10,298 nt of DNA from Kofleriaceae bacterium (GTDB taxonomy: Bacteria > Myxococcota_A > Polyangia > Haliangiales > Haliangiaceae). Under the pieces are notes generated by a model. It did not search any database, was not told where the DNA came from, and saw only the letters and a list, made by a program, of their open reading frames with translations. The translations under genes were made by a program, and so were the position numbers. The DNA is taken from positions 1-10,298 of the forward strand of contig JBKJLC010000147.1 of assembly GCA_046597055.1 (NCBI GenBank). The letters are read 5' to 3'. Positions 1 through 6,152 of this stretch are shown here, one piece after another (within the stretch, counting starts at the first letter, position 1; each line of letters begins with the position of its first letter).

Positions 1-169
1 CTGCTCGAGTAGGTCACGAGCGGATGCAACGAATCGCCGCGTTGAGGTCCAACCCGGGGCGGCGCCGCGGGCTTTCCGGTGCACCTGATGAACGGCGGGC
101 GGCGCTTCCGCATCGGGTTGGACCTCAACGCGGCGATTCGTTGCATCCGCTCGTGACCTACTCGAGCAG
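1..169. repeat. Long inverted repeat: perfect 56-bp arms (1-56 and 114-169) around a 57-bp imperfectly palindromic spacer
   Basis: 1-56 (ctgctcgagtaggtcacgagcggatgcaacgaatcgccgcgttgaggtccaacccg) is the exact reverse complement of 114-169, checked base by base. The left arm starts at base 1, so the repeat may extend beyond the window. Confidence 0.97.
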
Positions 170-2671
170 CCGGTAGCGCTCGGCATCGACCGAAGATCCC
201 GGCCCAGGTGCGATCATGAACTGCTGCTCATGCTTCACCCGCCCACCAAGCATGAAGTCGAGCAGGACGAAATGAAGCTCGAGATGCCATGCGGCGTCGC
301 GACCTGGGCCGAGACGCTCGGCGGATACGGTCACGCTCTCGAGTTGAAACCGGTGATCGGCGTCGATCGCTACTCGCTTGAAGCCCGCGAGCCATGCCGC
401 GAGCGCCGTGTAGTCGAGCTTGCCATCGACCAGCGTCACCCGTGACTCGATCTCCTCGGCGGGCATCTCGTGGATCATGGCGGCGACCGCGTCCACGGGG
501 GCGGGGCCCCGCGGGATGGCATCGCCGCGCGGTCCGCGCCGGGTCACGCGCGGCCTGGCGCCACTGCCGGTGCCGCGCCGGCGGCGGGTCGGCGACGGGC
601 CGGCGACCTGGCGCGGATCGGTCACCGGCCCATCGTCGACCTGCGATGGGTGCGCGACCGGCCCGTCCGGTGGTGGAGTGCCGAGGTCGGGACGACCGCC
701 GCCATTGACCGACACGGTCACCTGCGGCTCGTGCAGGCTGCGAACCGCGCGGTCGAGCATGCCGAGCAGCTCGTGGGGATCGCTGGGACGCGCGCGACGC
801 TTGTCCCCATCGTCGATGATCCGGACGACCAGCTCGTGCATCTGGTCCTTGGTGAGGTCCGCCGGCACCAGCTCGCCGAAGATGCGGACGTGGTCCGCCT
901 CGAGGCGGATCGAGTCGTGGCCCTCGGCGAGCACGAGGAGCCTCCGGGCGTTGGGATTCAGCCCCTCCTTGGCCTCGGTGACGTCGTGATCCGGGTTCTC
1001 CTCCATCGCGCGAAGGTTCGAGACTGCGTCCGCGTTCCCCGGCCCGGCCTTGTTCAAGAGGTCGCGCGACTTCGGCTCGTCACCCGGGGCGGTGGGAATC
1101 CCCCCATCCAGCGACCCGCCGGCGCCGGCGCCCTCCGCGGCACTGTCATCGGACTCACCGCCGGCGTCGCCGTCGCCCCGGTCGTCGAGGCTGCTTGCGC
1201 CGCGCTCCTGGAACGTCGGCAGGTCGAAGCCGGCCTTCTCCCAGGCCAGGTAGAGCTGCAGGATCTCGTAGGCGTCGGCGACCACCGAGATCACGTTGAG
1301 CACGGGGATCAGCTTCGCCACGACCTTCGCGAGGCGCGCCGCCGCGTCGCGGCCGAAGCGGCCAACCAGCCGCTTCGCGATCTTGCCGTCGAGCTTCTTC
1401 TCCAGGCCGGTGAGGCGCCGCGCATCGTGGGACAGCTCGCGCTGGATCACGCCCGCCCGCGCGGTCCGGCCGTGCAACTCCGCCCTGACGTCGTTCAGCT
1501 TCTGGTCGAGCTCGTGGATCCGGCGGTCGGAGGCTTCGACCATCGGATCGGATCCGCCGGCGCGATGGCTGAACGGGTCGCCCTTGGTTTGCAGCCGCGC
1601 GGCACGTCGCTGGCGGTCGAGCCGCTTCCGCTCCGCGACCAGCGCCTGCTCTTGCTTCGCGAGCTGCTGGAGATCGTCCGTCAGCAGTTCCAGCTCGGCC
1701 ACGTTGCGATCGAGCCGCCGGGTGATGTGCGACAGCTCCGCGACCTTCGCCAGGAGCGCGCCGCCGATCGTGTAGCTGCCCTCGATCTCGAGCTTGAGGG
1801 CCAGCTTCCCGGCGAGCGTCGGATCGCCGAGCCCGCCGAGCCAGTGGGTCACGTCGCCAACGCCTTTCACTGCGATCTTGGCCGCGCTCACCGCCGCGCC
1901 GTCGTGCGAGAGCGACGCCTCCGGACCGGATAGCTCCAGGTTCAGCGAGAGCCCCTCGAAGACCTCGAGGCCGAACTCGGCCTGGAGGAGCGCGGTCTCG
2001 AGCCTCCCGTAGAAGGAGCTCATGTTGGCGACCATCTTCGGCTCGAGCAGCTTGAGCTCCCCGGTGAGGCGGTCGCTGATGGCGGAGGTGCCATCGGCGG
2101 ACACCGCCGCCGTGTTGCCAGCCTCGACGGTCAGCTTGATGACGACCGTCGCGCCGCCGTAGCCGGCCACCTTGATCTCGACCTCGTGCGACGTGTGCGG
2201 CGCGCGCGCGCCAACGTCCGGGGCCCCGGCGCGACCCGGATCCCCCGGCGCGGCGCCAGGCGGCGCGGCCTGGCGCTGGACCGCGCGACCGCCGCCCTGC
2301 CCGCTCGGCGGCGCCATCTCGTCGAGAAGGCCCTCGGCCGAGTCGCGCCGCACGACCGCGTCGGCGACCCGGTCCGCGTGCTGCTCGTAGCGATCGCCTG
2401 CGGCACCCACACTGACGCCGCCGGTGGGTGCCGCCGCGCCCGGCGCGGTGCCCCAGCTTCCGAGGTCGGCCAGCGCCTCCGCCGTGACGCCCTGGTTTCG
2501 CGCGAGCTGGGTCGCGAGCGCCTGCACGACCTCGGGCCCGGCCGCTCGGGGCTGCTCACGCGGCCGCCGTGGCGGGAGATCCTTGGTGGTCCGACCGAAG
2601 CCGGTCCTATCTGGCGCCCCGGCGCCCCGGCGATCTGCGTCGCGCGATCGAGATCGCTGGTGGTCGCTCAT
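158..2671 (-). CDS. Large modular hypothetical protein (~837 aa) with a DUF4157/eCIS-associated N-terminal motif, coiled coil and hydrophobic helix; candidate secreted effector or toxin
   Basis: The long ORF runs 158-2761. ATG at 2671 (MSDHQRS...) has GAGAAG 9 nt upstream and is a more plausible start than 2761. It contains [36 protein letters not shown] then AVQR, which resembles from memory the segment flanking DUF4157 domains. It also has heptad-rich helices and a hydrophobic stretch [24 protein letters not shown]. The stop is TAG at 160-158. Coding status is well supported; function is inferred. Confidence 0.8.
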   Translation of the reverse strand: MSDHQRSRSRDADRRGAGAPDRTGFGRTTKDLPPRRPREQPRAAGPEVVQALATQLARNQGVTAEALADLGSWGTAPGAAAPTGGVSVGAAGDRYEQHADRVADAVVRRDSAEGLLDEMAPPSGQGGGRAVQRQAAPPGAAPGDPGRAGAPDVGARAPHTSHEVEIKVAGYGGATVVIKLTVEAGNTAAVSADGTSAISDRLTGELKLLEPKMVANMSSFYGRLETALLQAEFGLEVFEGLSLNLELSGPEASLSHDGAAVSAAKIAVKGVGDVTHWLGGLGDPTLAGKLALKLEIEGSYTIGGALLAKVAELSHITRRLDRNVAELELLTDDLQQLAKQEQALVAERKRLDRQRRAARLQTKGDPFSHRAGGSDPMVEASDRRIHELDQKLNDVRAELHGRTARAGVIQRELSHDARRLTGLEKKLDGKIAKRLVGRFGRDAAARLAKVVAKLIPVLNVISVVADAYEILQLYLAWEKAGFDLPTFQERGASSLDDRGDGDAGGESDDSAAEGAGAGGSLDGGIPTAPGDEPKSRDLLNKAGPGNADAVSNLRAMEENPDHDVTEAKEGLNPNARRLLVLAEGHDSIRLEADHVRIFGELVPADLTKDQMHELVVRIIDDGDKRRARPSDPHELLGMLDRAVRSLHEPQVTVSVNGGGRPDLGTPPPDGPVAHPSQVDDGPVTDPRQVAGPSPTRRRRGTGSGARPRVTRRGPRGDAIPRGPAPVDAVAAMIHEMPAEEIESRVTLVDGKLDYTALAAWLAGFKRVAIDADHRFQLESVTVSAERLGPGRDAAWHLELHFVLLDFMLGGRVKHEQQFMIAPGPGSSVDAERYRLLE

Positions 2672-2853
2672 CGGCCGGGCTTCTCGGCCCCAGGTCCGCG
2701 CGGTTGCGTGGGCGCCGCATCGTTGTCCCCGCGCCCTGAGGCCTCCGGAGCTTGCCGGCACGGCGCAGGTTCATCGCCGCCGGTTCTGAGGATCCCGCCG
2801 AGGGTGCCGGGCCTGCGCCGAAAACGTGCGCGCGACGGACACGACGCGGACGG

Positions 2854-2865
2854 CGTGGCAGCATG
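2854..2865 (+). promoter_or_regulatory. Putative extended -10 element (TGn-CAGCAT) upstream of the hydrolase gene
   Basis: CGTGGCAGCATG, with CAGCAT ending 7 nt before ATG 2872. A near-identical copy with the same geometry precedes the peptidase gene. Confidence 0.35.
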
Positions 2866-2871
2866 GGCACG

Positions 2872-3741
2872 ATGTCCCCCTCGCCGGCCGCACGCTCGCG
2901 GCACATCGCGCTGACCAACGGGCTCGCCTATCACGTGCTCGAGTGGGATGGCGGCGGCGACCACACCGTGGTCCTGGTCCACGGCTTCCTCGACCTGGCC
3001 TGGGCGTGGGACGCGGTCGCGACCCGGCTCGCGGCCGGCGGGTATCACGTGATCGCTCCCGACCTGCGTGGCCACGGCGACTCCGACCGGGTCGGCGCCG
3101 GGGGCTACTATCATTTCTTCGACTACGTCGCCGACCTCGACGAGGTGGTCGCGCGCTGCGGTCGCACGCAGGTGTCGGTCGTGGGCCACTCGATGGGTGG
3201 CAGCGTCGGCGCCTACTGGGCCGGCACCCGGCCCGAGCGGGTGGCGCGGCTGGCGCTGCTCGAGGGCATCGGCCCGCCCGAGACGACCGCGTCGGTGCCG
3301 CAGCGCACCGCGACGTGGATCGACGCGTGGCGGCGCGCGCGCAGCGAGCCGCCGAAGGTGCTCGCCTCGGTCGAGGAGGCCGCCGCGCGCATCCGCAAGT
3401 ACGATGCGCTGCTCGACCCGGCCGACGCGCTCCGCCTCGCCGAGCACGGGACCCGCGCGGTCCCCGACGGCGTGATCTGGAAGCACGACCCGCTGCACCT
3501 GACCGCCGGGCCGTACCTGTACCGGGTCGACGTCGCCGAGAGCTTCTGGCGCCGGGTCACCGCGCCCGTGCTGTATCTCGAAGGTGCCCGTTCGATGCTG
3601 CGACTGCCCGATCCCGAGGTCGATCGCCGGCTCGCCGTCTTCCCCAGCGCGCGCCGCGTGACCATCGCGGACGCCGGCCACGCGCTGCAGCGTCACCAGC
3701 CCGAGCGGGTCGCCGCGGCGCTGCTCGAACACCTGGCGTAG
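2872..3741 (+). CDS. Alpha/beta-fold serine hydrolase (Abhydrolase_1/6 type)
   Basis: Motifs are VLVHGFLD (oxyanion loop), APDLRGHGDS, VGHSMGG (GxSxG nucleophile elbow) and C-terminal DAGH (catalytic His). The start is ATG 2872 or the in-frame ATG 2863. The ORF-track extension to 2752 looks non-coding. The stop is TAG at 3739-3741. Confidence 0.93.
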   Translation: MSPSPAARSRHIALTNGLAYHVLEWDGGGDHTVVLVHGFLDLAWAWDAVATRLAAGGYHVIAPDLRGHGDSDRVGAGGYYHFFDYVADLDEVVARCGRTQVSVVGHSMGGSVGAYWAGTRPERVARLALLEGIGPPETTASVPQRTATWIDAWRRARSEPPKVLASVEEAAARIRKYDALLDPADALRLAEHGTRAVPDGVIWKHDPLHLTAGPYLYRVDVAESFWRRVTAPVLYLEGARSMLRLPDPEVDRRLAVFPSARRVTIADAGHALQRHQPERVAAALLEHLA

Positions 3742-3764
3742 AGCGCACCGGGCCGCGACCGCGG

Positions 3765-5072
3765 TCACACGAAGCGGTTCGACGCGACCGGCGAGCCGGC
3801 CCAGGCCCGCTCGCGGCGGCCCCGGTCCGGGAGCCCGACCGCGTCGGCCAGCGCGAGCAGCCCGGGCTCGTCGTCGTGGTGCAGCTCGTCGGCCGGCAGC
3901 GGCGCGCTCGCCGCGATCGCCGCGCCGAGCGCGGCGGCGTCGCGCGGGTCGGGCTCGGCGGTGCGCGGCGCGACCTCGGTCGGGTCGAGCACGAGCTGGC
4001 TCGACCACGGCGCCACCAGGCTCTGGTGCAAGAGCGTGGTCACGTCGGCGGCGATCGCGCCGTCCTCGGTCCACACCGTGGCGTGCGCGTACACGAGCTG
4101 CTCGGGGCGGCGCTCGACCAGCCGGGCCAGCTCGCGCGCCGGCACCGTGGCGAGGTCGTAGGCGACGATCAGGCCGGGCGCCGGCACGCCGACCGCCGGC
4201 CACGGCGCGACCGGCACGCCGAGCAGCGCGGCCGCGGCGTGCCCGACCGCCTCGTGATCGCGCCCGGGCAGCGGATAGACGCACGGCGGCGTCAGGCCCC
4301 ACCGCGCCAGCAGCGCGATCAGGCGATCGAGCCCGGTGCGCACGCGCGGTAGCGAGTCTTGCAACCACGCGTACCGGCCGTGCATCGGCTCGTCGAAGCC
4401 GTGCGGCGACAGGTGGGTCAGGAGCCCGCCCGCGAGCACGTAGTGCCAGCCGCGCAGATCGGTGGCGTCGAGGCGGGTCACCGGCCGCACGCTCGCCGCG
4501 CGCGCGAGGATCGCGTCGATGCGGTCGGCCATCAGCGCGTGGACCGGCTCGTCGGCGATCAGGGTCGGCGCCAGCCGCGCGGTGGTCGCGAGGTCGCCCG
4601 ACATCGCCGCGTCGTAGGCGAGCAGGTAGCGGCACAGGAAGCTCTGCTCGACCAGCGCCGGGTGGGCCTCGAGCACGGCGCGGGCATCGGCGTACGCGAG
4701 CTCGCGCTCGAGCGCCGCGACCAGCTCGGTCACGATCTGCTCGGTGCCCGGCGCCAGCTCGAGGCAGCGGCCGAGCACGGTCGCGGCGATCGCGGGCAGG
4801 CCGTCCTCGATCAGCTGGAAGCCGAGCTCGTAGAGCGCGTCGGGATCGAGCGGCTCGAGCGAGGCCTGGGCGGCCCGCTCGGCGAGCTCGCGCTGGCCAA
4901 GCACGACGAAGATGCGCGCCATCACGCCGAGCGCGTCGGCCAGCTGGTCGGGCGCGACCCGCCGCGGGTACCAGAGCGTCCCGCGCAGCTCGCGGAACGC
5001 GCCGGCCGGATCGCCGGCGGACAGGCACGCCTGCGCGGCCGCGCGGCGGGCGACGTACGAGGGCTCGGTCAT
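3765..5072 (-). CDS. Hypothetical protein (435 aa) with an N-terminal TPR-like helical region and a C-terminal alpha/beta domain
   Basis: Protein-like composition begins at MTEPSYVARR (ATG 5072). The upstream part of the 760-aa ORF is Arg-rich out-of-frame overlap with the SDR gene. The segment DPDALYELGFQLIEDGLPAIAATVLGRCLELAPG fits a TPR pattern. The start lies 26 nt after the SDR stop on the same strand. Confidence 0.85.
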   Translation of the reverse strand: MTEPSYVARRAAAQACLSAGDPAGAFRELRGTLWYPRRVAPDQLADALGVMARIFVVLGQRELAERAAQASLEPLDPDALYELGFQLIEDGLPAIAATVLGRCLELAPGTEQIVTELVAALERELAYADARAVLEAHPALVEQSFLCRYLLAYDAAMSGDLATTARLAPTLIADEPVHALMADRIDAILARAASVRPVTRLDATDLRGWHYVLAGGLLTHLSPHGFDEPMHGRYAWLQDSLPRVRTGLDRLIALLARWGLTPPCVYPLPGRDHEAVGHAAAALLGVPVAPWPAVGVPAPGLIVAYDLATVPARELARLVERRPEQLVYAHATVWTEDGAIAADVTTLLHQSLVAPWSSQLVLDPTEVAPRTAEPDPRDAAALGAAIAASAPLPADELHHDDEPGLLALADAVGLPDRGRRERAWAGSPVASNRFV

Positions 5073-5098
5073 CGCGCGGATCCGGTCCCGACTGCCGG

Positions 5099-5965
5099 TC
5101 ACCCGCGGCCGGCGCCGCCGGGGCTGGCGGCGGGCGCGACCAGCCGCTCGGTCGCCGCGCGCAGGGCGGCCCGCACCTCGAGATCGAGCGCGCTCGCGGT
5201 CGGCGGGGTCGGCACGCCCTCGGAGTAGTAGGTGCCGGTCGGCTCCTCGACCGTGTCCGCGGTCGCCAGCCGGATCGCCATCTCGGCCCCCTGCGCGGGC
5301 GAGGCGCCGCGGACCGGCCCGAACCCGTCGCGCAGCAGCTTGGTCGAGATCACGCCGGGGTGGATCGCGTACGCCGACAGCACCTCCGGCGGGTAGGTCG
5401 TCGCGAGGTCGAGCACGTGCATGATGTTGGCGAGCTTGGACTGCGCGTAGGCCGCATAACCGGAGAACGCGCGCTCGAGCGACAGGTCGTCGAGGTGGAT
5501 GCGCCCGCGGGTGTTGGCGATCGACGTCATCACGATCACCCGCGCCGGCGCGCCCCGCCGCAGCCACGGCAGGAGCCGCTGCGTCAGCAGGTAGTGGCCG
5601 ACGTGGTTCACCGCCAGGGTCGCCTCGGCGCCGTCGCCGGTAACGACCCGCTCGCTGGCGAAGATGCCGGCGTTGTTGACCAGCACGTGCAGCCCGCCGT
5701 CGCTGCCGAGCCGCTCGCCGAGCTCGGACGCGCCCTTCTTGGTCGACGCGACCGAGCCGAGATCGAACGAGATGCCCTCGACGGTGCCGCCGGCGTCGCG
5801 CGCGGGCGCCGCGGCGGCGATCAGCTCGCCAACCGCGTGCTCGACCTTGGGACGGTTGCGACCGTGGACGAAGACGCGGAAGCCTGCGCGGGCCAGCCCG
5901 AGCGCGATCTCCTTGCCGATGCCGTCCGTCGACCCAGTCACCAAGGCAGTCCGCGCGGTGGCCAT
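5099..5965 (-). CDS. Short-chain dehydrogenase/reductase, classical SDR (retinol-dehydrogenase-like subgroup)
   Basis: Motifs are ALVTGSTDGIG (TGxxxGIG), HGRN, LVNNAG, LAVNHVGHYLLT, catalytic YAQSK (YxxxK) and IHPGVIST. ATG is at 5965 and TGA at 5101-5099. Confidence 0.96.
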   Translation of the reverse strand: MATARTALVTGSTDGIGKEIALGLARAGFRVFVHGRNRPKVEHAVGELIAAAAPARDAGGTVEGISFDLGSVASTKKGASELGERLGSDGGLHVLVNNAGIFASERVVTGDGAEATLAVNHVGHYLLTQRLLPWLRRGAPARVIVMTSIANTRGRIHLDDLSLERAFSGYAAYAQSKLANIMHVLDLATTYPPEVLSAYAIHPGVISTKLLRDGFGPVRGASPAQGAEMAIRLATADTVEEPTGTYYSEGVPTPPTASALDLEVRAALRAATERLVAPAASPGGAGRG

Positions 5966-5971
5966 GGGCCT

Positions 5972-6001
5972 GGTTTACACCGCGCGCCGGCGATCGTGCA
6001 G
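5972..6001 (-). promoter_or_regulatory. Putative promoter for the SDR/TPR-gene pair, possibly leaderless
   Basis: On the minus strand: CTGCAC (6001-5996), 18 nt, TAAACC (5977-5972), then 6 nt to ATG 5965. This is an AT-rich patch in GC-rich DNA with no SD. Confidence 0.35.
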
Positions 6002-6152
6002 GACTCTCGGTGGCAATCCTGCCGGCGGCCAATGCGACGAGCCGCACGACCCGCTTGTGGTCGCGCCCGCTCGAACGTAGCCTGGCAGCGGCACGACGAC
6101 CGACCGGGAGCGGGGGCTACGGGGGCACCATGCGCCAGCGAAGGACAACCAC

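Noticed and set aside
85..91. CTGATGA, the hammerhead ribozyme core motif, in the palindrome spacer
   Set aside because: There is no GAAA on the same strand at a suitable distance and no stem I/II/III arrangement could be built.
47..123. Integron attC-like site: GTCCAAC (RYYYAAC, 47-53) and GTTGGAC (GTTRRRY, 117-123) bounding a 77-bp imperfect hairpin just downstream of a stop codon
   Set aside because: The two boxes are part of the perfect inverted repeat, so they count as one chance match. The L boxes pair poorly and lack the canonical extrahelical base. There is no second attC or integrase in the window, and the adjacent 2.5-kb gene does not look like a cassette. An IntegronFinder attC covariance-model hit would reopen this.
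2672..2862. ORF-track N-terminal extensions of the large protein (to 2761) and of the hydrolase (from 2752)
   Set aside because: They are Arg/Gly/Ala-rich with no domain features, and they would overlap head to head and erase the divergent promoter region. Better starts exist at 2671 and 2863/2872.
3742..3766. Possible terminator between the convergent hydrolase and TPR-like genes (GACCGCGGTC palindrome at 3757-3766)
   Set aside because: It is a short loopless GC palindrome with no U-tract on either strand, as expected by chance.
5073..6047. Upstream half of the 760-aa ORF (3765-6047), suggesting a fusion or frameshift with the SDR
   Set aside because: It is an Arg-rich alternative frame of the intact SDR gene, and stop-poor frames are expected at this GC content. 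No slippery site was seen.
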